DNA of 64,000 bases from Octopus sinensis (Eukaryota). The notes below the pieces were generated by a model that worked only from the letters and a program-made list of their open reading frames with translations, was not told where the DNA came from and did no database searches. Both the position numbers and the translations under genes were made by a program. Below, in pieces: positions 47,753-59,543 of the stretch. Location of the stretch: the NCBI RefSeq assembly GCF_006345805.1, contig NC_042999.1, positions 21,638,001 to 21,702,000 of the forward strand. The letters run 5' to 3'. Positions within the stretch are counted from its first letter, which is position 1, and every line of letters begins with the position of its first letter.

Positions 47753-49816
47753 CTAAGCCTCATTATCGGTTTCATTTTCGTTCAGACGTTTTACAAATTG
47801 TTCCCAAAACTTTTCTTCATATTGGCTTTCATTCGGCCAATTCAAGAACGTTTTATGATTTTGTAAATCAACAAGACTTTCCGTTCGTAAATTCGAAGGA
47901 ATTTCATTTAATAAAACAGGAATAATAATATCGTAGTGCTCTTCTAAGATCTTTTGCTGGGCAATGCTTGCTTCAAACTGGCACCAGCAATTCTGAACAA
48001 AATCCGGTGACAAAATTAAAACAACCTTACGGCTCTGTTGCATGCAGTCCACGACATTATCAATAATATTGCTGCCAACAAAAACGTCCCTGTCATGTAA
48101 ACATAAATTGAAATGGTTTTCTTCTTCTATAATGGGTAAAAGTTTATTCAGAACCCAGTTGACATCAGCATTACAGTAACATACAAGCGCATCATGCGTA
48201 TATTGGCCATCATTAACGAGTGTTTTGTATTTTCTCTTTCTTACTAATGATTGGTATGAACAGAAATGAATTGACCATCGATTTGCATATGATAATATTG
48301 CCAAACATACAAAAATAACAACCAGTACGGCTATAATTCCACCAAACATAGCGATAAGAGACGGTTTCTGTCTATTTTCACAGTAATCCCAGCTTAGAGA
48401 AAAATTTTCCAAATGGATGTAATCAGATGTATCCGGAATAAAGCAACGATATGTCTTGTAATTTTTCAATCTCCCTGCATTTTTCCGTGACCAATCTCGA
48501 AACCAGAGTGTTTTGCAGTCACAAACGAACGGGTTGTTTGAGAGATCAATATTCAGTTTCTCGTTGTTGAATAGTAAATGGGAAAATAATTCTTGATTAA
48601 CGTAACGAATTTTATTATCATTTAACTCCAGTTTACGCAATACTCTCATAACTGAGCAATTCGCTTTGTTCCATTTGCTAACATTTGTGTAAATAATGGA
48701 AAGTCCTGTAAGATTATTCATATTACAAATCGCATCTGGAATTTTGCTAACCTGCCCATCAGTAATCTCCAGATTTTCCAGTTTAGTCAGTGGCTTAAGT
48801 AAATCGTTGGCGTTTATGTTACTGACATTTCTCAGAATCAAATTTCTTAGCTGTGTGCACGACTTTAATAACGAAGACGGTTTGCCTTCGTTAACATCAA
48901 CATGAATGTTAATTAGCTCCACTGATTCCAATAATTTGAGTTTGAAGACGTTCTGCTCAAATCTTAAGACATGGTGCTTAAGAGATACTAAACTTACTGC
49001 TCGTAGATATTTCAATTTCTGGAAAACATCCGATCTGAATAAAACGATATGACCAACAAAGATACCCAGTTTATGTAGACCGTCTAATCCTTTAAAAAAA
49101 TTGCTGTTTAGGTAAGTAAATCCTGATAAACCTATGAATAACTTTTCGAGTTTTGGGTAAAATATAAATCCAGATCCATTTTTAAATTTTGGCAAGGTTG
49201 AAATTTCGTTATGATACAAATCTAGATAAATCAAATTAGGAAGATATCCCCAGTCGGTAACTCTGGTAATACCGTCTCCTTGAAGAACAAGTTGTTCTAA
49301 TCGATCTATACCGGTGAAATAGCTGCCATCAAAACGTACCATATTACATCTACTTATGAAAATACGTGAAACGTTAGTTCCTCTGAGACCATCAAATATA
49401 TCTTTATTCATATTTTCCAGCTGCATTTCAGATAATACTAATTTTATTGTTGTCAGTGGTAAACCAAGCAACACATTTCTTAATTCCAGAAGAGGTAACG
49501 GAACAGTAATAAGTTCAAATTCTTGTATATACTTCAAAGACTTAAATACATCATTGGTAGATGTGTTAAGCCAGGTGGATTTAATTAACAAATGTTCTAG
49601 TAAGGGCAGTTCTGTCAAATTTTGAAAGGTTTGGTTGTCCCAATTGTCAATTTTTAGATCTATGAATGTAACAGCTGTAGTGTCATTTGGAAAATTTGGA
49701 ACAAAAGTGCTTCCTTTGCATGACCAACTCCCTTTTCTGAAAACGTGACATTCTTTCGTTTCACCATATGAAACATGAATTATCAGGAAGAGTACGGTTA
49801 GTGATAAGGGATTCAT
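47753..49816 (-). CDS. Toll-like receptor paralog 4, 687 aa, divergent TM/TIR
   Basis: Same length and architecture; box 1 reads HDALVCY and BB loop HDRDVFVG; 3' flank unrelated to copies 1-3. Confidence 0.96.
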   Translation of the reverse strand: MNPLSLTVLFLIIHVSYGETKECHVFRKGSWSCKGSTFVPNFPNDTTAVTFIDLKIDNWDNQTFQNLTELPLLEHLLIKSTWLNTSTNDVFKSLKYIQEFELITVPLPLLELRNVLLGLPLTTIKLVLSEMQLENMNKDIFDGLRGTNVSRIFISRCNMVRFDGSYFTGIDRLEQLVLQGDGITRVTDWGYLPNLIYLDLYHNEISTLPKFKNGSGFIFYPKLEKLFIGLSGFTYLNSNFFKGLDGLHKLGIFVGHIVLFRSDVFQKLKYLRAVSLVSLKHHVLRFEQNVFKLKLLESVELINIHVDVNEGKPSSLLKSCTQLRNLILRNVSNINANDLLKPLTKLENLEITDGQVSKIPDAICNMNNLTGLSIIYTNVSKWNKANCSVMRVLRKLELNDNKIRYVNQELFSHLLFNNEKLNIDLSNNPFVCDCKTLWFRDWSRKNAGRLKNYKTYRCFIPDTSDYIHLENFSLSWDYCENRQKPSLIAMFGGIIAVLVVIFVCLAILSYANRWSIHFCSYQSLVRKRKYKTLVNDGQYTHDALVCYCNADVNWVLNKLLPIIEEENHFNLCLHDRDVFVGSNIIDNVVDCMQQSRKVVLILSPDFVQNCWCQFEASIAQQKILEEHYDIIIPVLLNEIPSNLRTESLVDLQNHKTFLNWPNESQYEEKFWEQFVKRLNENETDNEA

Positions 49817-51350
49817 TGTGCAGAAATTTAGTTACGACTTTGAATAGGTTGATGTACTAAGCTTCATTTTGTCATATATATTTCAGGTCGTCAGCATTTC
49901 ATCCATATCTGAAACAGTTCAAACGATACACTACACTTGATATTACAAAAGAATTTATATTGCAAAACACTAAAACTAAACCATATTCGGACAATAAAAC
50001 ATGTAATAAACATATATCAGTGAATCATATAAGGGTCAATATTGAGTATATAATATGTTAAATAAGTCAGAAATAAGCTTCTTGCTCTAGATCTAGAATG
50101 GAAGAATGTATAATCTATTTTTCCAAACCTATTGATAATGAAGAATGTTGACAAGTATACAAGGCTCAACAATCTCAATAGAATATAATCAATTACATCG
50201 ATGCACCTACATTTTTCTGGTACTTAGCTTTCAGATACCAGAATGATGACACGTAAAGTAAGTTGACCTTGGGAAGAGATTTACTCTTAAACGAAAGATC
50301 TCCACCCGTAATGAACCCATAAAATTTACTTCAATCTCTGTCTTTTTAGAGTGTTGGATCCCATGATGACGAAAGAGCAATAATTCTTGAAATATGCATA
50401 TACATCTACTTCCTAATTTTCTGCCGTCGTTTATGCTTACATAAACGTTTTCGTATATGACATGACAGAAATGTCAATGCTATTTGTGAATTCTATTGAA
50501 AATCAGCAGAGAAAAGCTTGACACCAAAACAAGGCATCATATTGACACGTCATATTGACATCATATTGACCAAAAAAACTTAGTAGAATTTAATTCTATT
50601 TTACCATGAATGATCAAATTTATGTTGAATCTGAGAGAAAAAAATAATCTCTCCTATTGTTTTAAACGGGAATAATAAGTGTATGTGAATAATAAGTGTA
50701 AAACTAAAAATGTTATATATAGATGTAAAGTTACATCTAAGGGAAGTGTATATTTTTACATCAGTGCGACTTCACTAATTTTGAGAAAGAAACTTGCTAA
50801 TCACTTAAATTCATTTAGAGATAAAAAGAAAATTTCAAAACAAGTCTAACTTAATCAGGTCTTTTAAAGATAGAAGCTAGGACTATACTAACAATTGGCA
50901 ATTAATTAGTACTGCAAAACCGTACATACCAGTATCTCATAAATGTGATCTACGTATAAAAGAAGTTTACCAACTTTTTATATCTAAGTGTTAATATAAT
51001 GAATTCTAGACAAAAGAAAGCTTTAAGATGCTTGCATTAAAGAAAATTTACCGTTGTTAAATATACATGAGTCATAAACATTTAAACAACGAAATTGTTT
51101 GAAATAACTGACTATAAGGATTAAACGAGTGATTATCCAAACAATATTTCTATTGATAATTCGTGTCTAAATAAACGCACAACCCCACTTCATAGAACGC
51201 AAAGAAAATCAACATGAAACTTTAAATATTTAAATCAAAAGATATTAAAGTGAAGACCCTGAAGAGACTGCACCGGAATAAGAGTAAGCTTACAATTGAA
51301 ACGATTACTAATCGATGGATTAGAATCATATGCAGGTCTATTTAAAGCTG

Positions 51351-51417
<67 letters not shown>

Positions 51418-51459
51418 AAGGAATTAAAGGTAATGCTAAAGCTACTTTGTAATAATCAT

Positions 51460-51512
<53 letters not shown>

Positions 51513-51513
51513 G

Positions 51514-51546
<33 letters not shown>

Positions 51547-51604
51547 CTGTGTGTGTGTGTATGTGTGTGTGTGTGTGAGTGTGTCTGATCATTCAATAAG
51601 TGAC

Positions 51605-51795
51605 CGCGTGTGTATCGTTGGCGATTTTTTCCTCCGTCTTTACTTCCTTGGACCTTCCCTTTTTCTATATTTCTGACGAAGAGCTCCGCTCGAAATGTTA
51701 AATCCTCCTTTCCTTTCCCTTACCGTCCAATAACACTATACTTGTTCCACATCCTCGCGTTGTTGTGTTTTCTCTTTGTATTTTCATGTTTGGAT

Positions 51796-51874
<79 letters not shown>

Positions 51875-52990
51875 GGTGTGTATATGTGTATTGCAAATTT
51901 CAAGAGTAAATCAAGTTTATTCTACGGCATCCCCAAAATCCACAAAAGCAGAACAAGTGAGGCATGCAAAGAACTTACAGACATAATCATCAAGGTTCTC
52001 TCACCTGATGACCTGAAATTAAGACCAAAGGTAGCAGGTCCAGCATGCGAAACCCACCGCCTCAGCAACTTCCTAGACACTCTACTGAAACCCTTCCTCA
52101 CACACATCGAAAGCTACATAAGGGATGATCTAAACATGCTCAACCACCTCCCAAAAACGGTCAATGAGAAAACACTGCTAGTATCCTTCAACGTAGTCAA
52201 CCTATATTCAAACATCCTTCACACCCTAGGAATATAAGCAATCACATTCTGGTTAGACAATTACACCTATGAAAAGTCGTAATGGAAGGACTAAGATTTA
52301 TTCTTGACAACAATTATCTTATATTTGATAATGACTACTTCCGACAGCAATGGGAACACGGACTGAACCTTCTTTTGCGAACCTGGTAATGGGCTATCTG
52401 GAAATTAAACTATACCAGAGAACACTCGAGAAATATGAAAACTCCTTTTTAACCTACATTCAAAACAACTGGAAAAGATATCTCGATGGCAGCTTCATCC
52501 TCTAGAATGAAAGTAGAGAGAAACTTAATGACTTCATACCTCTTCTAAATGGAATAAATGAAAACCTCCAATTTATGATAGAGTACAACCAGGAACAACT
52601 AACGTTTTTAGATATCCTTATTAAGAAAGTCGGGAACAAAATAGAGACAGATATCTATTACAAAACCAGGGACTCGAAACAGTACCTGCCATTTGATTCG
52701 TGGCACTCGAGACACACCTGGATGATTATGCCATTCTGTTTAGCCAAAACAATATGCACAATAGTATCAGACACAAACACCCGGGAATTAAAAACTACAC
52801 TCATCAATAGGAATTACCCACAACGTTTAATCGACAATACGATCCAAGGAGTCCTGTAAAATTTTATATCCAACGAGATATGTCAAATTTTATTCTTTTC
52901 TTTCTTTCTCTCACGATACAACATATATGCTTGGGGACTGCCTTGATATATATAGTCGAAGAAACATATTCCCTATGCTCATCTTATTAT
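51605..52990 (+). mobile_element. Penelope-like element: pLTR plus frameshifted RT
   Basis: YGIPKIHK, LRPKVAGP, LSNFLDTLLKP, LVSFNVVNLYSNI, LTFLDILI, DIYYK motifs typical of PLE RT. Confidence 0.85.
51669..51703 (+). ncRNA. Minimal hammerhead motif in the pLTR upstream of a Penelope-like RT
   Basis: AUUU CUGACGA A GAGC ucc GCUC GAA AUGU U AAAU. Confidence 0.65.
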
Positions 52991-53097
52991 TAATAATTCT
53001 TATTCTGCAAGTTTCTTTTGTAGCACTGCAAGGCTATGGATGCGTAACATTGCTAAGCGCGGAGGAGAAACAATGAGAAAACACATTCATATATACA

Positions 53098-53167
<70 letters not shown>

Positions 53168-53541
53168 AACACATTTTATTCAGCAAAAACAATAACAATA
53201 TTCAACAAAAACATTTTGAAATAACGGTCTGACCGTCTGAAAGCAAATGGGAAGCAGTAATTGGAGTAGATGGTGAATATGCTCCGAATAATTATCTAAA
53301 GATGTTTTTGTTACATGTTGTCATAGTTTTTGTTGAATAAAATTTGTTGAAAAAATTATGCACCAACCCAATATATACATATATTTGTGCCTGTGCGTGA
53401 GTGTGTGTGTGTGTGTGTATGATTTTACAAAGACCTATGAATACTTATGCATATAAATACATACATACATAATGCATACATAAATACATACATACATACA
53501 TACTACATACATACATACATACATACATACATACATACATA

Positions 53542-54061
53542 CAATAATCCCTCGCCTATCGCGGTCCACCAATAGCGCACTTGATACATCGCAGTTCACC
53601 TATCGGGCACTCAGTACTTTGCGGGATTTTCTGGCTAATATATGTAAATTTATATCACGGACTCCTCAGCATATCGCCGGTTTATGTAGCCGATAGGTAT
53701 TTATATTTTCTAGATTTTAATTATTTCTGATAAAATAAACATTTTCACACCTAAAAATTAATAAATCAATAACTAAAAATAGAGTACAGTACTGCATTGT
53801 ATAACACATTAATTAAAATATGTTTAAAGAAAATACGTAGTGTACCGCAAATGAGTAAACAAAGAATCGCACATACTCTATGGAAAAGGAAACTCAGGAG
53901 GCAAGTATGTGGTGTTGTTTTGCATTCATAATAAAATAGATATGTACAAATTATAAAATTGATAAAAAATATACAGTATAGTACTGTTTCTACTTCGCGG
54001 ATTTTCCCCTATTGCTGGAGGTTTTTGGAACGTAACAACCGCGATAGTCGCGGGATTACTG
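53542..54061. mobile_element. Tigger/pogo-like MITE, TA target site
   Basis: TIRs CAATAATCCCTCGCCTATCGCGGT / ACCGCGATAGTCGCGGGATTACTG flanked by TA. Confidence 0.7.
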
Positions 54062-54417
54062 TATATGTATATATAGTCAACAGATGAGATCCAGGGACTC
54101 TCGTTATAGAAAATGCTAACTAGCGCTCAGATGATACGTACTCAGACTCTGTTTTTTTTTTATAATTAAGCAATTTCGCCAGGTACGGGGACAACAGGCG
54201 AACAGATGTGGAGGCAATTTTGTAGATGAAGAAATTAAATATAACAATATCTATAGAGATATAAATATCTATGTATCTATACTTATATCGTGTGAAAATC
54301 TCAAGTTGTTGCAGTCTCTGTATACATGACTATACGCACTCACACATACACACATATATATATATGTATGTATGTACGTGTGTATGTGTGTTTATATATG
54401 TATATATATATATATAT

Positions 54418-54496
<79 letters not shown>

Positions 54497-54764
54497 TAAA
54501 TATTTATGTACATATATATATATATATGTATGTGTGTATAAATGAATTATGTATGAATATATATATATATATACACGACAGACGCCTCACACAGTTTCCG
54601 TCATCAGTATTAATTCACACTGAAGACATCGCTCATTTTGGTCTCTACTAGAAGACACACAAACACAAACACAAACACACACACACTCTCTTTCTCTCTC
54701 TCTCTCTCTCTCTCCTCGCTATCTCCTTTCTCTGTCATAGGAACACAACTAGTTCTTTTCTACA

Positions 54765-55335
54765 CTAGGCACAAAGCCCGAAATTTTGGGGGAAGGGGGC
54801 CAGTCGATTAAATCATCCCTAGTACTCCACTGGTACTTAATTTATCGACCCCGAAAGTATGAAAGGCAAATTCGACCTCAGCGGAATTTGAACTCAGAAC
54901 GTAGCGGCAGACGAAATACCTATTTCTTTACTGCCCACAAGGGGCTAAACAGAGAGAGGACAAACAAGGACAGACAAACGTATTAAGTCGATTATATCGA
55001 CCCCAGTGCGTAACTGGTACTTATTTAATCCATCCCAAAAGGATGAAAGGCAAAGTCGACCTCGGCGGAATTTGAACTCAGAACGTAACGGCAGACGAAA
55101 TACCTATTTCTTTACTACCCACAAGGGGCTAAACACAGAGGGGGCAAACATGACATGAACAGACAAACGGATTAAGTCGATTATATCGACTCCAGTACGT
55201 AACTGGTACTTAATTTATCGACCCCGAAAGTATGAAAGGCAAAATCGACCTCGGCGGAATATGAACTCAGAACGTAGCGGCAGACGAAATACCGCAACGT
55301 ATTTCACCCGGCGTGCTAACGTTTCTGCCGGCTCG
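54765..55335 (-). mobile_element. SINE family A tandem array
   Basis: About three internal units. Confidence 0.8.
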
Positions 55336-55532
55336 CCATATACATATAACAACAACAACGATTGTTTGGATCAACGTAAAATGAACTGTTTCGCTCAAAA
55401 TCACATCGCATCGCCCTGTTCAGGAATCGAAACCTCACCTTAACTATCATGCGTGAAACACCTTCACTCCAAGCAAAACACCTTTACAATAGGTACAGCA
55501 CTATAATGCAAAATTATCAAAGTTTCACTTAC

Positions 55533-55830
55533 CGTGTAAATATATATGGAACCATCAATGACTAGTAACTGTATAATACACAACAATGGTGATACTGTTA
55601 CCAATTTATTGCTGCCTCTGCATACCAACTAGCTGACAGTCAGTTTTAAACATGTTTTCGATATAGGAAGCAAAATATCAGCAAGCACCATTATCAATTA
55701 GTATTAATTATTTAAAAAAGCAAAGTTACAAATAAAAGAATTTGTCCCATCCCCACTAATTAAATGTGAAACTAATTGTTGATATGAGAGAATTTTTATT
55801 TAGTCTGAAAGCTCACGTGCTTTGACCTGC
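55533..55830 (-). promoter_or_regulatory. Predicted exon 1 / promoter block of TLR paralog 4
   Basis: Homologous block retained although 50300-55500 is unrelated to the other units; donor CG|GTAAGTG (GT at 55532-55531). Confidence 0.6.
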
Positions 55831-55883
55831 ATTACTGCTTCTATTGAAAGTGCTATGAAATATTTACATAAGCCCATTCGTGT

Positions 55884-56129
55884 AGGCGCGTGGCTTAGGG
55901 GTTAGGATGTCAGCATCTGATCATAAGATTAGGGTTTCCATTCCTGGACCGGGCGACGCGTTGTGTTCTTGAGCAAAACACTTCATTTCACGTTGCTCCA
56001 GTACATTCAGTAGGCAAAAATGAGTAACGCTGCGATGGACTGGCGTCCCGTCCAGCTAGGAAACGCATACGCCATAGAAACCGGGAAACCGGGCCCATGA
56101 GTCTGGCTAGGCTTTAAAAGGGCGCATTT
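55884..56129 (+). mobile_element. SINE family D (V-domain-like GCGATGGACTGGCGTCCCGTCCAG)
   Basis: tRNA-like head GGCGCGTGGCTTAGGGGTTAGG; tail-to-tail with the next copy. Confidence 0.7.
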
Positions 56130-56181
56130 AAAATTTTTTTATTAGTCCATACAACAAACCTAAACCAAATTATATAAATAT

Positions 56182-56410
56182 ATGTGCCCTTTTAAAGCCC
56201 AGACAGGCTCATGGGCCCGGTTTCCCGGTTTCAATAGTGTATGTGTTCCCCAGCTGGACGGGACGCCAGTCCATCGCAGCGTTACTCATTTTTGCCAGCT
56301 GAGTGGACTGGAGCAACGTGAAATGAACACAACGCGTCGCCCGGTCCAGGAATGGAAACCACAATCTTACGATCATGATGCTGGCACCCTAACCACTATG
56401 CCACGCGCCT
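56182..56410 (-). mobile_element. SINE family D, inverted partner
   Basis: Reverse complement of 55884-56129 across a spacer of about 52 nt. Confidence 0.7.
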
Positions 56411-56656
56411 CTACAAACCAGATTATATACAGCAATTTCCCATTATTAAAGAGTCGGCTTTGTCTTTCTTCCTTACGGGATCGATAAATCATGAAACAGA
56501 ACACTGTCGTGGTTATAAACGACGTAGCCCTTGCCCAGAAATTGCTAGACTTGAGCCAAAAATTGAAATAAATCTGTAACTATTATTCCTTTCATCATTA
56601 TGATAGTAAAAGTGGTTTGAAATTTTGTACTTATTTCAAATTTTCTATATTTTTAT

Positions 56657-57072
56657 AGGCCACAGGAGTGGCTGTGTGGTAAGTACCTTGCTTACCAACC
56701 ACATGGTTCCTGTTCAATCCCACTGCGTGTTAACTCGGGTAATTTTTTTCAACTATAGCCTCGGGCCCACCAAAGTTTTGTGAGTGGATTTGGTAGAGGG
56801 AAACTGAAAGAAGCCCATCGTGTATATATATATATATAAATATATATATATGTGTGTGTGCGTGTGTGTGTGTGTTTATGTGTCAGTGTTTGACCCCCAC
56901 CATCGTTTGACAACCGATGTTGTTGTGTTCACGTCCCCGTAAATTAGCAGTTCGGCAAAAGAGCGGATAGAATAAGTAATAGGCTTACGAAAAATAAGTA
57001 AAGAATAAGTCGATTTGTTCGACTAAAGGCAGTGCTCCAGCATGACCGCAGTCAAATGACTGAAACAAATAA
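56657..57072 (+). mobile_element. SINE family B
   Basis: As above. Confidence 0.85.
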
Positions 57073-57379
57073 ATAAAAATATAGAAGTTATCGACACAGA
57101 AATCCGAAGTTAACCTCGGAGCAATTTAGAATCAGGACGTAATGACGGACAAAATGACATTAAGCATTTTGTCCGGCGTTGTAACAATTCTCCCTGCTCG
57201 TCGCCTTAATGATCCTCTCTTCAATAGGTGCAAGGCCCCACATTTTAAGGGAGTGGGTTAGTCGATTAAATCGTCCTCAGCGCTCATCTGATACCTATTT
57301 CATCGACCCTGTAAGGATGAAAAGCAAAATCTTTGAAATGAGATTTACTTTCCAGGTTTTATACAGAGAAACGTCGACA

Positions 57380-58480
57380 TCGTTTCTACAGAACAACTAT
57401 ATAATGTTAGTTATCAATGAATCTGTACGTACAGATCGTTTGTACAGAACAACTATATAATGTTAGTTATCAATGAACCTGTACGTACAGATACACAAGC
57501 AGAAAGTTGGGGGAAAATATATAAAATTAGAGAACGCCAGACGCAGGAAGTTGACATTGACAAAATGCTTCTAAGTAGTGAAAGTATTAATAAGTCGAGT
57601 TGCGCCAAGAATAATCACAAAGGATTTAAATGTGAACTATCAAGTGTTAATAAGGCAACAAATTCAAAAAATGTCTAAAATATGTATTGGAAAATCAGCG
57701 TACAATATACAGTACCTCATTCGTTTCATTGAGAAAAAGGCGTCTATCTCTATATGATATTTTTTTACCATTCACACACACTCACGTAACTTTTTATCTT
57801 AAACAGAAAGCCGGAGAAGAGTATAAAAATGAACGTACCTTTAGAAATTCCTTTTTACCTGAAATCGTCACAACTGCAGTAGTGTATACGCAGGTGTGTG
57901 TGTGTGCTAATAACTGGTTACTTAGTTACTGTGTTGACATTGACAAAACGGTTCGGAGAAGTGAAAGTGTTAATAAAGTCGAGTTGTGCCAAGTATAATC
58001 ACAACGGATTTAAATTTGAAATATCAAGTGTTAAAAAGGCAACTTGTAGCAAAAATGTCCGAAATATGTTTTGAAAAATCAATGTACAAAATACAATACC
58101 TTATTCAGTTAATTGAGAAAAGGCGTCTATCTCCATATGAATTTTTTTCTTACACACGCACGCACGTAATTATATTTCTTATGTATAAGAAACAGAGATG
58201 TTGACAATTGATTAATTAAATGAAAGAAAAGGTGTCTATCTCAGTATGAATTTTTTCTTCTCATACACACAAATGAAACTGTACGTACAGATACACAAAT
58301 GAAAATCTGGAGAAGAATATAAAAAATAAAAGTACCTTTAGAAATTCCTTTTTATCAGACATCGTCACAATTGTAATGATGTATACGTGTGTGTGTGTGT
58401 GTCAATAAATAGCTAGTTGCTTAGTCACTACGGCAGGACGCCAAACATAGGAAGTTGACATTGACAAAACGGTTTGAGGG
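57380..58480. repeat. Diverged tandem repeat of about 380 bp (2-3 units) plus a 56-bp duplication
   Basis: GTTGACATTGACAAAA recurs at about 57551, 57933 and 58454 with colinear downstream sequence. Confidence 0.65.
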
Positions 58481-58648
58481 ACTTAGTTACAACGCCAGGA
58501 CGCTAAACACAGGGAGTTGATAATCTTTTCTACTCTAGGCACAAGGCACGAAATTTTGAGGGAGGGAACCAGTCGATTATATCGACCCCAGTACGCAACT
58601 GGTATTTGATTTATCGACCCCGAAAAGATGAAAGGCAAAAAATGATTT

Positions 58649-58714
<66 letters not shown>

Positions 58715-58718
<4 letters not shown>

Positions 58719-58910
58719 TAATAATTTAGAAAATGTGGCATCTCAAGGCGGTTACAATACCAGTGATCGTAGGAGCACTAGGAATGATCAAGAAGGGAAC
58801 CGAAAATTATATGAGAATTATCCCTGGCTTACCATCCCTGCAAGAAGTGCAAAAGATTGTCTTAATTGGTACATCACACGTATTCAGAAGAACATTGTCG
58901 ATGTGAGAAC
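58715..58910 (+). mobile_element. R4/Dong-like element C-terminus after (AAT)n
   Basis: WHLKAVTIPVIVGALGMIKKG...EVQKIVLIGTSHVFRRTLSM*. Confidence 0.7.
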
Positions 58911-59543
58911 TATTACTACCCATGTATTTTAATTTAACTTTATTTCTATCAAAAAAATGGCCTACCAATGTATACAATGAGTTTCTTCGCCCTAGGAGTC
59001 GGGAAGACACTCGGCAAGAAATGGAAGCAAATTTGAAAGAAGAAGAAAAAAAAATAATAATAATAATGATATTGAATAAGAGAGCAGCGCATGTCATCAA
59101 AGTGACACTGGGGTACAAATGTACAAATCTCAATATACCCACCATGACTACCCGTCTTATAAGTGTACACCAGACACTTGCATCACAACCATATGTGCGC
59201 AATATGGAGACCTCATATCACGATAAACAGCGCGTGACTTTGCAGGTGGGGCCCAGGAACTTATTTCTTCAGTTCAAGTGGCCCATCCTGCTCAAAATGT
59301 GCTTCAATATGGGCTGTTTGAATTAGGGTTGTTTAACGATATTTTCAAAAATGAATAATTGAAACCCCAAAGAATTCCACTCAACACATGGCTATGATGC
59401 TCCCCCACTATTTTTGCTCGTGATTAGAGAGATGCCCATATTGTCAGCCACCAAAGCACATGCTCAACTGGTCGAGGTCAAACAGCTGGTAACCTAATCT
59501 ATGTTATTGAACAGAATATTTGTTGTTGCCCATCTTTTATACC

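Larger units (their letters stand above)
49909..55532 (-). other. Predicted 5'-UTR intron of TLR paralog 4 (5624 nt)
   Basis: GTAAGT donor; TGTTTCAG acceptor 92 nt before the ATG. Confidence 0.5.
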
